64,000 nt of DNA from Lama glama (Eukaryota), in NCBI GenBank assembly GCA_028534125.1, contig CM052839.1:31372001-31436000 (forward strand). The letters are read 5' to 3'. This document shows, piece after piece, positions 45,568 through 56,521 of the stretch. The first letter of the stretch is position 1, and every line of letters starts with the position of its first letter. The notes beneath the pieces are model-generated. The model saw only the letters and a program-made list of their open reading frames with translations, had not been told where the DNA came from and made no database searches. The position numbers were made by a program, and so were the translations under genes.

Positions 45568-46966
45568 GCCAGGGGCTGGAAGACCCTCGGGGCCCAGGGA
45601 AGAGAGAAGCTGGGAAGCCATGCACTGCTGGCCACCAGCCCCTCGCAGTTCATCCCCTATCACAATGCGCTGCCCTCTCCCCGCAAAGGTCTCCGAGGTG
45701 ATGCCCTCTCCCCTGCCCTGTTCTTTCTCTTTGGTCAGGGCTTCCCCCCTCCCCTTCCTGCCCTCTGAAGAGGCTGGGAAGTGACCACTTGGATGTCTAG
45801 GCCCTGCCAAGGGAACAGGGAGGGTCAGAGGGAGGCCGGCTGCTTCCTGCCCCCTCTCTGTCCCCGGGCCTGCTGTGCTGCTTTGTGCCAAGGTTAGCCA
45901 GTCCCTTCCCATCCTGTTCTGTGTGCTTCCGCCTCCGCCTCATCTCCCTTCCTGCCCCTGCCCCACACCTCCCCAAAGAATTGAAATGTCAGCTCAGGAT
46001 ATGGGGCCAATCTGTGTGAATCCAGCATGTCCCTGTCTTGCCCTAGCCAGCACCCACCTTGTCGCATGGCCTCGTCCTCTTGTCCCTAATCTCTCAAGCA
46101 CAATCGGGCTCCTTCCACCTCCCAGTGTTCCGCCACTCTCAACCAGGGGTGCCTCTTCCAGCAGGGGTGGGAGTCAGACCTGCTCCCCTAGGTCACCGCT
46201 CTGGGAGGGACACAGAGCCTCCTCACCCTTCACTGAGTTCTCTGGATTTGTTCTCAGTGCCTTAGCATGGAAACCTGTGCTTGTGTATGTGGGGCCCCTG
46301 TCTCACCTCCTCAGCCCCGTCCTCCCCAGTGCCTTCCTTGTTCTGCTGGAGCTGGGGCTTTGCTGCTCCCCAGTCCCACAACACTGCCAAAAATCTGTGT
46401 TTGTGCTGGTGGGTGCGGGGCCAGCCCCTGGCCCCCTGGGGCCTGTGCCATGTCCTGTCTCCGGGGCTGTCATTTCTCTATGGTGGTTGAGGAGAAAGAG
46501 GTGGGAAGCTTTCTCAGCCTTGCAGCTAAGTGTGGCATTTACCAGCCAGAGCTCTGAGAGGCGATGCCATCTGTCTCTTGTTCTGGGACCAAAGTAAAAA
46601 TCAAAGCACATTCCCCATGTAGTCAAGGGAGGCCCACTGCCTTCTCAGAGCAGGGAGGCAGCTTTTCAAACTCAGCCCCAAACTTTGTTTACATGGGTGG
46701 GGAGGTGGAACAGGGCATCAAAGCGGGATGTTTAGGACCTAGGCCACTGGAACCGAAGTGGGGACTTCCTAGGGTAGGGGTTTAAGTCCCTCTACTCTCA
46801 GACCTGGAATTGGGGGGGGTTATTGCCCGAGCTGTTGCCAATGGGAGGTGGGAGGAGGGGTTCAGCCTCTTCATCATCTGAATGAGGCCTAAATGTGCGA
46901 AGTGCGATTTCCGCTTTTGTGTCCCCTCTGCCCCGCCATGACCGAAGCTGCCTTTGTGTCTGTGTC

Positions 46967-46972
46967 AATAAA
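46967..46972 (+). terminator. VAT1 poly(A) signal
   Basis: AATAAA about 1.4 kb after the VAT1 stop. Confidence 0.75.
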
Positions 46973-47284
46973 AAGCCAAACCCTGGGTCCTGGATGTTGC
47001 CTCTGAGAGTGGAGGGGAAGGTGAGCTCATGGAAGGCCAGTGCTGATAGGGGAAAGCTAGGGCTTCGCCTTCCCCTGAGTCTCCTTCCATGCCCTAATCA
47101 CGTTTCCTTTCATGAAGCGGAATGAGGAAGAAGATCATGCGATGCAGGCACTTTTACTGTCCTTGGGCAGTGTTTCACAACTGTAATTCCGGCCACTGTT
47201 GACTGGCACAGTCTCTCTCATATATACACACCCAACCCAACCTGCTTGGCAGAGAAGTGGGGGTGATGAGCAGGGGAGAGGCTC

Positions 47285-47476
47285 CTAGCCCGATTTGGCC
47301 GTGAAGACCGCCAGGCCCCGATGTCCCAGGGGTACGACTCTCAAGGCTTCCACCTCCCCGCCCCCACGGGTGGGCTTCTGGAAGTGGACCTCCAGGATGT
47401 CTTGCAGCTCCGGGCCATCCAGGACATCGGGAATGTTGAGCACCAGTACCGCCTGGGGTACCAGCTGGGACCTGAC
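47285..47476 (-). CDS. IFI35: IFI35 exon 7
   Basis: ttccag|GTCAGG...GGCTAG. Confidence 0.94.
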   Translation of the reverse strand, partial: VRSQLVPQAVLVLNIPDVLDGPELQDILEVHFQKPTRGGGEVEALRVVPLGHRGLAVFTAKSG

Positions 47477-50400
47477 CTGGAAAAGGAGCCAGGAGATGGG
47501 CAAGGGCCATCACGGGAATTGGGCTTGGGGCAAAGGTCGGGGCAGGTGGCGAGCATAGGAGTATGGGATGGGGCAGGAGGCCTGGAGAGGTTGGCAGCAG
47601 GTAGGTCATTGGGGTTTCGGGCTCTGATCCTTCTTTGAGCAAGTTTCTGGCAGGCAGGCAGGCAGGCCACCTGGCCCGTCCCCATTCTCCACCCTCCCAC
47701 TTACCTCAGCCTTCTGGATCGTCCCACTCACGTAGGGAGAGACTCTCAGAGGGACCTGCTGCTTTCCCAGGGGCACTGTGAACTGGCCAGTCTGGCACAG
47801 GCGCTGGGCCACTGCAGGGACAGGGAGCAGGGGAGCTTCAACATCAGGGGCATCTTTCCCGTGGCCTGATGCCTCTGCTGTCATCTCACAGACAAAGCCC
47901 TCACCTCCATCCTTAGCGAAGCCCAGCATGACACCCCCTTGCAGCAGTTCTCGCATCTCCACATCGCCACCCCCGTTCTTGGTCTTGCCAAAGAAGATCT
48001 CCAGCTTGTCCAGCAGCTCCTCCTCACTCAGCTTGAGCTCGGCAGGAAACCCACTGACCAGCACTCTCTGGTCACTCATCTGGCTGGACACCTAGTGGGA
48101 GACAGATGGGACTGGTCCCAGGCCCAGCCCCAGTCTCCTGTGCCATGATGCCCTCCCACATGGCCCAGGCCCCTGCCACTCGATCACCTGGATGGTGGTC
48201 AGCATGGGCAGCTCCAAGGGCTGGACCTGTACCCGCAGCCAGAACTCTTCCACATTGATCTTATGCTCCTTTTGCTGCAGCACCTGCTTAGCCACTGGGT
48301 GGGGGGAGGAGGGTCAGTGCTAGGAAGCCTGCCAGCACCTCCCTCCCAAAGTTTCCCCAAGCTCACCATTGGGATCATCAAAAATGACCAGTGCAGAACC
48401 TCCAGGCAGAGGGTAACAGATTTGCAGTTTGGAAATCACAGACTTGGCCATTTCCCTGTCCTGCTGAATGTGTCCTCGAAACACCAGGGGGGCCTCAGGT
48501 ACCGGGAATGGGACCTGGAGGTGGGGAAGGAGAGGCTGATGCAGACGTCAGGGTTGGGAGAATTACCCACTCCCTCCCAGGAGGAAAGCACCCCAGTTAC
48601 AGGTGATTGATGCTAAGGGCCAGGAATAAACACATTTACTGAAAGAAGAGCTGGATGAGTAAGCAAATGGATGCAGGTCACACATGTACTGGGACTTTAC
48701 ATACAAGATCTTAGTTTGTCCTCACACAAGCCTGTGAGGTAGGTAGCTCCCCTTTACAGAGAAGAAAACAGGTTCAGAGAGTTCAAGTAACACACTCGAA
48801 GTCACACAGCACAGAAATGGCAGAACCAGGAGCGAAACTAAGAACTCCCCAGCTCTTTCTTTCAGGCCACATCCCCTCCCAGCTTGCCTTGTCTTTGGGG
48901 ACGTCCCTGAGCTTCCTTCTCAGCTCCTGCAGCCTCATCTTTAGTCTGGCCTGTTCCTCCTGGAGTGTATGGAGGGCCTGTTTGAAAGAGAGGAACCATC
49001 AGACATCCACCCACCTTTTCAGAGAATGAATGAGCCAGGGGAAGGGGGCCCCTGTTCTGGACTCTCCAGGAGCATAGACGATGCTTGGCCCAAGAACAAC
49101 CTAGCCCCTTTATCCTGCCCTGGGCTTGTCCTGGCCCAGCCTGGCTGCCCTCATCTCAGCTGCTCTGAAAGGCAGGAGCCTTTGCAGCAGCCAAGGCTGG
49201 GTCATTCCTGGAGACCTAAAGGTTAACAAACAGTGGTCGAGCTCCTGTTGTGAGGTGCTGGGCATGACACAGGCCAGTATTAAACAGTACTCAAGACAGT
49301 GAGTGATCACATGAGTGATGGTGGAAGACGGATGGCAGGAGTTTAGAGGTGGGACAGTTCCCAAAGTGGGTACCACAGCGAAGGAGACCTCCAGGAGGAA
49401 TAGGGGCTTAGAGTTGCAAAATGTCATAACGCTATCAACAAACATTTATTAAGTACTTACTATACGTCAGGCATGTGCTAAGCCCTTAGTATGGATTATG
49501 TCACTCACTTCTTGCAACAAACTTAGGAAATAAATACCCCTCTCCTTATTTTGTGGAGGAAGAAACTCAGAGAAGTCAAAGGACTTGCCCAGTCATTTGG
49601 CCCTGGACAGTCTGACTCCAGACTTAATCTGTCCTTGATAGTTGAAGAAATCATACTCAGAGTGGGGAAGTAATTGACTCCACATCTCCCAGCTTGTCCC
49701 ATGACTGCCACTCTTTTCCACTGTACCAAGCAGCTTTTCAGGCTGGGTGTGATTTGGAGCAGGTCCAGAGAGAGAGAGAGAGTGGACAACACAGGCAGGG
49801 GAATGACACAGGGGTAGGAATAAATGCACCTTTGTTTGTAGGATGGAGAGCTCACCCTGCGGTTGGAAGCCTGATAAATAAGGTCAGCTCAGGGAAGTGT
49901 GAGCTCACTGGGAGGATGGGGCTCTGTCTTGGCCATCTCTGTGTCCCCAGTGTTCAGCAGAGTCCCTGGCACAAAACAGGCATTCAGTAAATGTGTGTTG
50001 AATGAATGAATGAAAGAATTGAACGAATGACAGAACGGGAGCCTATTATAGAGGGCCTTGAAGAAATTCAATGTGAGTTCATTATTTTAAGCAGAGGAAA
50101 ACTAGGGCTTAATCAAATACTGCTGGTTAATGAGTAGTGAGAAATACTCAGGGGTTGCAAATTGAGTGACTCTGAGGTTCAGTTAGATGACATCAAAGAG
50201 TCAGGAGAGCCAGTGTAGTGCGAGAGGTGGGGACAGTGACAGACTGGAGAGAGCATGTCTCCACTCAACTGGCAGCCCCTTCTCAGCTCAAGCCAAGGTT
50301 TTTCACATGGGAATGTGGTTCTAGTGTGTGTGTGTGTGTATATATATGTGTGTGTATATATATATACACACACACACATGTATATATACTGTAACTTCCT

Positions 50401-53400
50401 TTTCCTAAGGAAAATCAGAAATCTGGATTTTTATTTGAAAATGATGGCTTGATTTTTAAAGAAATATGAAAAATAAAATACATTCATGAGTCGGATTCAG
50501 TCCTTAATCCATCCTCTTTTTACTTCTGCTTTAAGTCTTGATCTAATTATACATATTATTTGAAAATCTGGTAATTGGCAGTGCTATTTAATAAATGGCT
50601 TTAAATAAATAAGTAAATTTATTTTTAAAAGCTTAATATTTTTTTCTCATAATTCAAGCGGGGGGGTTTTCAGTAGGAAAATGTGGAACTAGTGAAGATT
50701 TCTGAAAGGGGGAGTGAGGTGATGGACATAGTGTTTACAAGAGCTTAATCTACCAGTAAAAAAACANNNNNNNNNNNNNNNNNNNNNNNNNNNNNNNNNN
50801 NNNNNNNNNNNNNNNNNNNNNNNNNNNNNNNNNNNNNNNNNNNNNNNNNNNNNNNNNNNNNNNNNNNNNNNNNNNNNNNNNNNNNNNNNNNNNNNNNNNN
50901 NNNGAATGACCATCATCAAAAAGTCTACAAATAGTAAACGTTGGAGAGGGTGTGGAGAAAAGGGAACACTCCTACACTGTTGGTGGGAATGTAAATTGGT
51001 GTAGCCACTATGAAGACCAGTATGGAGGTTCCCTAAAAGAAAAGATACATACACCCCAATGTTCACAACAGCATGATTTACAGTAGCCAAGGCATGGAAG
51101 CAGCCTAAGTTTCCATCAAGAGATAAACGGATAAAGATGAGGTGTGTGTACACACACACACTCTCTAGAATATTACTCAGCCATAAAAAGTGAAATAATG
51201 CCATTTGCAGCAACATGAATGAACCTAGAGTTTATTACACTACGTGAAGTAACCCAGAAAGACAAATAACGTGTATCACTTATATGTGGAATCTAAAAAA
51301 AAATACAAGTGAACTTATTTACAAAACAGAAACAGACTCACAGACATAGAAAATAATCTTAGGGTTACCAAGGGGAAGGGAAGAGGGATAAATTAGGAGT
51401 TTGGGATTAACAGATATACACCGCTATATATAAATAAAATAAACAACAAGGACCTCCTGTATAGCACAGGGAACCGTAATCAGTATCTTGTATTAACCTA
51501 TAATGGGAAGGAATCTGAAAAAAATATATCTGTATATATATGTGTATGTAACTGAATCACTTCGCTGAAACTGAGCCAACAGTGTAAATCAACTATACTT
51601 AAAAAAAAAAAAAAAAAAAAGAGAGCTCAGTCTGACAGTGACGGCAGGATGAACTGGAGCAGCAGGGACTGCGGAGTGAGGAAAACCAACCAGATGCTGT
51701 GGCTCTCATTCTCAGAGACGTGGCAGGAGCAGACCCAAGCCACCGGCAGTGGGCCTAAGGAGCACGTGCGGATGAGTACATCCCATGAGGAAAAGCCCTC
51801 AGTCTCTAGATGTTTGTATTAAGGACTCAGAGGGGTCGGACTGGAGAGATGACGCCGCGGTTGCAGACCTGAGTGCCCAAGGGTCTGGTATAATGCCATT
51901 GACCCAGCAGGCCAGGGAAGAGAGCCAGTAGTTACTGGGCACCTGCTAAGTGCCAGGCACAGTTGGACTCCATCCCATTTAAGGATCACAAAACTGCCTC
52001 CTGTCTTCAACTCCCAACTGAAACTTCTCTTTTACAGACGTCTTAAGGACAACACAGGCTGATTGTAGTCACTTACTTGAATTCAACCAAACAAGCTATT
52101 TATTTACATAACATGATAACATGGTCTCTAAATGCAAGCCAACATCCAGCTGGTGCTCAGCTGAAAAAAGACGCTATCCATTCTATGTTGTGCTCATTGA
52201 GAGACTGTAAATTGTGGATACTCAGGGGTGAGTTAGTGATTTAAGTTTCATTAGACTACATGTATTCTTCTGCCTTATGTGCCAAGTTTAGAGCCTAACC
52301 TCCTGTAAGATAAAATCTCATGCTCTCTTTGTTCATCCCGGCAGTATTGGGAGGCCATGTAGCATAATGGTTAAGACCACAAATTCTGGGGCCAAACCTC
52401 TGGGGCTTACATCTCTTACTACTGCAAGACAATGGGCAAGTTATTTAATTCTTCATGCCTTGGTTTCTTCATCTGTAAAATGGGAATAGCAATTTCCACC
52501 TATATATAATTTTATTTGGAACAGTAGTTCCTGGTATATGATGAGTGCTATGTTAAATGTTTTATATTTTAATAATCCCCACTTGATACATAAGGAACCT
52601 GAGATTCATCAGGGTTAACTAATGGGCCAAAGTAAGTCAAACCGAAGGCCGTTGAAGACACACAGAGTCAGAGACAGGGCTTGCTGGACAGGACTCTGAG
52701 TTGGAAAAGTATGTGGCAGAGCTTGTTCAGGGACAGAGACTTAAAATGTCATCTTTCAGGGTCACAGAACCCTTTGAATCTCTAATGAAAACGATGGATT
52801 GGATTCTCTCTCCAGAAAAACGCACAGTCACACAAGGAATTCAGGAGTGCCTGAGATACAGGTTATAGAAGATACCTAGCCAAGGGTCAGGAAAGATAAA
52901 GGAATGCAGAGAATAAAAAGAAGGCCTGGTCAGTGCTCGCTTTGGCAGCACATATACTAAAACTGGAACGATACAGAGAAAGTTAGCCTGGCCCCTGAGC
53001 AAGGATGACCCACAAATTCATGAAGCGTTCCATATTTTTAGTGAAGTAAGCCAGAAAGAGAAAGAAAAATACCATATGGCATCACTCATATGTGGAATCT
53101 AAAAAAAAAGAAAAAAGACACTAATGAACTTATCTACAAAACAGAAACAGATTCACAGACATAGTAAACAAACTTATGGTTACTGGGGGTAGAGGGGGTG
53201 GGAAGGGATAAATTGGGAGTTCCAGATTTGCAGATACTAACTACTACATATAAAGTAGATAAACAACAAGTTTCTTCTATATAGCACAAGGAACTATATT
53301 CAATATCTTGTAGTAACCTATAATGAAAAAGAGTATGAGAATGAATGTGTATTTATATGTATGACTGAAACATTATGCTGTACACTAGAAATTGACACAA

Positions 53401-56351
53401 CATTGTAAACTGACTATACTTCAATTAAAAAAAAAAAAGAAGGCATGGTCAGAGATAAGCAGAGCCAGGGCCAGAGACACAAAAGAGGAGGAGTGACGAA
53501 ACAAGCAGAAGAAAAGGAGGGTTACAAGAAGTCCCCTCCCTCACTTGTTTCCTCACTCATTCATGCAGCCATCAGCTACTGGGCATCTACCATGTACCAG
53601 GCCCTGTTCTAGGCTCTGGGGATACCGTGATGAACCAGACAAAATTTCCCTGTGGAATTTACATTCTAGGGGATGAACCAGATATAAACAGAACAAATAA
53701 ATAAAATCTGCAATATGTTAGTGATAAATATTATGGGCAAAAACAAAGCAGAGAAGGAAGGACAGAGAATGCTGGAGTACAGTTTTAAATAGGGTGAGCA
53801 GAGTAGGCCTTACTGAGATGTTATTTGATCATATACTTGAAGGAGATAAAGGAGCAGACTATGTGTATGTGTGAGGGAAGGTCCTATGCAGAGGGAGCAG
53901 CAAGTGCAAAGGCCCTGAGGTGAGAGTGTGTTATGTGTTTATCTGAGGAAGAGAAAGGAGACCAGTGTGGCTGGAGAAGAGGGAGTGGGGAATAGCTGGC
54001 CATGAAGTCACAGAGAAAACAGGGTGGGATCATGCAGGGTCTTTTATATAAAGTGAGGTGGGAAGCTGCAAGCAGGCTTAATTGTTAACAGGATGACTTG
54101 GCTGTTGAGTGAAGAGGCAGATGCAGGGAAAGGGCACAGGGAGATGGCTGAGGAGGTCATTACAATGTCCAGGTGAGCAATATTGACGGCCTGGACCAGG
54201 TGGTAGCAGCGGAGGTGGTGAGGAGCTGTTAAAAGTTTAGGATGAAGTTCCTGATGGATCGGAAATATGACGTGGAAGAAAGAGAAGAGTCTCAGATGAC
54301 CCAAGCTGTTAGGCCTGAACAACTGAGGAGAAGGAGAGCCATGTGCTGAGAGGGGGACTATCTTGGGTGGAAGAGATTGGGGTTTCTTTTGAACATGTCA
54401 GGGATGACTGCCTATCTGACATCCCAGGGGAAGCATATAGTGGCAGTTAACTCAATGGATCTAGCATTCAGGGAAGAGGTCCAGGCCGTGAATGTAAATT
54501 TGAGAATTATCCATGCAGAGATATTTGAAATCACAAAACTAAATGAAATCAACAAAAAGAGGTCCAAGGGCTGATGTCTGGGGCATCCAACACTAAGAAG
54601 TCACGGGAATATGGAAGAAACAGCTGGGGAGAGTGCAGAGGAGTGGCTGGTGAAACCCGAAGGGAGGGGTGGGAAGTGGGGAAGAACAGGTTTAAGGGGA
54701 GGAGCCCACAGCTGTGCCAAAGGCTGCTAACAGGACTTCCGCCAAGAAGCACGAGAAAGATGGCTGAGATTGAGCAACAAAAACACAGTCCTGCTTATCC
54801 TAAGGAAATGGTCAGAAGTTCATGTACAAGGATGATTATTGTAGCCTTGTTTACAACAGAGAAAAAAATATCTACATGTCCAACAAGACAGAAACAGCTA
54901 AACAAATATAAAATCCTATGCAGCAATTAAAAGACACAGTAATGAAGAACATTTAACAAGAAAAATGCTAACAAAAAGCCAAAAAAATCAAACTGTATAC
55001 AAATATGTTTCCTATTCTGTTGATTTAAAACATTGTAATTCATTTATTTTTCCTTTAGAAATATTTTATTAAATCTTAAATGTACAACAGCTTAACTCTA
55101 CACTTGCATTATAATTCATAAGGTTATTCATTAAGGCATAAAAACATAAAAACCCTGGGAAGACAAACACCACAATGTTATTAATAGAGATTGTCTCTTG
55201 ATAATGAATTTAGTGTGTTTAAAGAAATAGTTTCCTGAATCCACTTTCCTTTCCTTTTTAATATGTTAAGGGCCCTTTAAAAAAGCAGTTTTAGTTGAGA
55301 GGTAGGAGTGAGGTGAGGGCAAATCAAGATCATCTTGGGGAAATAAGGAACATGTGTTGAGCGCTTAGTTTGTGTCAGTGTGCTAAATTATTACTGTATT
55401 AACTTAGAGATCATTTCGTTTAATTCTTGCAGGTGGGTGTTCTTGTGTGGAAGTGTTACTATCACTCCCATCTTACAGACAAGGAAACAGGCCTTAGATT
55501 TAAACTTTAGAGAGGTTAGTAACTTGCCCAGGGCCACACAAGGGGAGGAGCCAGGATTTGGAACCAGGCAGACTGTAGAGCCTGCAGTCTTTCTTACTAC
55601 ATCTGAGGGGCAAATGAAAAATTTCTAAGCAAGAGACCTGTATATTTGTAACAGATGGGGTAGCATCAGGGAGAGAAAGACTAAAGAAACTGGGGAGGGG
55701 ATGAGATTCACTCAACAGCTGTTTACTGAGCGCCTGCTGCATCCCAGGCACAGTGCTAGGTGCTGGGGATCAACGGTGAGCAGGCTGAGACAGAGGACTG
55801 GCCCTCACAGGGCTCGGTCTGGCACGAGCAGGTCGGGAAAGGGGGGACCACAGCAGCCAAGGGGAAGGTTAGTTCTCAGAGGTGGAACACTTCCTCCTCT
55901 CACCCTAAAGAGAGCCCAAGGTTAAGCTGAGATGAAAATATAAGGAGGGGAGAGATTTGTTGGGGAAGATCTCAGGAGATAAAGGAGTGAGCAATTCTTA
56001 AACCTTTAGAATTATCATTAGATCAATTCTTAAAACTTTCAGGGTCGCAGAACCCTTTGAATCTCTAATGAAAACAATGGATTGGATTCTCTCTCCAGAA
56101 AAACGCACAGTCACACAAGGAATTCAGGAGCGCCTGAGATGCAGGTTATAGACCTGTCTTTGAGGTCATGGGTTAGTGGACCAACTCCATGGCGGAGAGG
56201 GAATCCCAGCCACGTCTCTCCCCAGAACTTCAGCAGGTCTAAGACATGGGCAGGGAGGCTCGGTGGCCAGGTCCTGAGGTACCTGCAGAATCCCCGCCAA
56301 GAGGAATGCTCCTCCTCTTTTCCCCACCCCCAACACTCTCCTCACCAGCAT
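47285..56351 (-). CDS. IFI35: IFI35 (interferon-induced protein 35), about 278 aa: complement(join(47285..47476,47705..47811,47905..48091,48188..48294,48367..48514,48888..48977,56346..56351))
   Basis: [16 protein letters not shown] zipper; NID motifs [25 protein letters not shown] and [20 protein letters not shown]; exon phases are consistent (837 nt). First coding exon is inferred. Confidence 0.93.
47705..47811 (-). CDS. IFI35: IFI35 exon 6
   Basis: ctgcag|TGGCCC...GCTGAG|gtaagt. Confidence 0.93.
47905..48091 (-). CDS. IFI35: IFI35 exon 5
   Basis: cactag|GTGTCC...GATGGAG|gtgagg. Confidence 0.93.
48188..48294 (-). CDS. IFI35: IFI35 exon 4
   Basis: acccag|TGGCTA...ATCCAG|gtgatc. Confidence 0.92.
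48367..48514 (-). CDS. IFI35: IFI35 exon 3
   Basis: ctccag|GTCCCA...CCCAATG|gtgagc. Confidence 0.92.
48888..48977 (-). CDS. IFI35: IFI35 exon 2 (GC donor)
   Basis: aaacag|GCCCTC...GACAAG|gcaagc. Confidence 0.85.
50324..50389. repeat. Compound (GT)/(AT)/(AC) microsatellite
   Basis: Alternating purine-pyrimidine tract seen directly. Confidence 0.9.
50904..51620 (+). mobile_element. L1 ORF2 3' end plus 3'UTR and poly(A), antisense in IFI35 intron 1
   Basis: ggagagggtgtggagaaaagggaacactcctacactgttggtgggaatgtaaattgg...; A20 tail; 5' part lies in an N gap. Confidence 0.9.
52933..53039 (+). pseudogene. RNU6: U6 snRNA retro-pseudogene (5' part of a U6-L1 chimera)
   Basis: GTGCTCGCTTTGGCAGCACATATACTAAAACTGGAACGATACAGAGAA...GAAGCGTTCCATATTTTT, full length with several substitutions, fused to an L1 3' end. 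Confidence 0.93.
53040..53438 (+). mobile_element. L1 3' end with poly(A), fused to U6
   Basis: AGTGAAGTAAGCCAGAAAGAGAAAG...ACATTGTAAACTGACTATACTTCAATTAAAAA; TSD aaaaagaaggc(c/a)tggtca. Confidence 0.9.
53555..54640 (-). mobile_element. L2 LINE fragment
   Basis: cactcattcatgc...catctaccatgtaccaggccctgttctaggctctggggatac and purine-rich L2 body. Confidence 0.7.
56346..56351 (-). CDS. IFI35: IFI35 exon 1 coding part (ATG CTG)
   Basis: agacccATGCTG|gtgagg; phase 0 matches exon 2; about 160 bp downstream of an ISRE. Confidence 0.65.
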
Positions 56352-56507
56352 GGGTCTGGTGTCCGGTTGGCAACAGCCAAGTCTTCAGAGCTGGGTACAA
56401 AGTGGCAGAGTCCACTGCGACTAAACTCTTTCTTGCACCTGGAGGAGCTCTAGTTTCTACCAGCAGAGCCTGAAATACCCTCCTTAGGGTTCTTATGTGG
56501 GCCCTTT

Positions 56508-56521
56508 GCTTTCACTTTCAA
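56508..56521 (-). promoter_or_regulatory. ISRE/IRF element of the IFI35 promoter
   Basis: TTGAAAGTGAAAGC on minus (GAAANNGAAA consensus) just upstream of exon 1 of an interferon-stimulated gene. Confidence 0.8.

Larger units (their letters stand above)
52753..56152 (+). repeat. 117-bp near-identical direct repeat (52753..52869 and 56036..56152)
   Basis: 113/117 identical by manual comparison. Confidence 0.92.

Noticed and set aside
45875-46597. 240-aa ORF in the VAT1 3'UTR
   Set aside because: Starts at GTG, lies in a C-rich UTR and has no recognisable homology.
50689-51216. 175-aa minus-strand ORF
   Set aside because: Antisense reading of an L1 3' end that runs through an N gap.
52933-53039. 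Functional U6 snRNA gene
   Set aside because: Substitutions, L1 fusion, TSDs and no evident upstream Pol III promoter.
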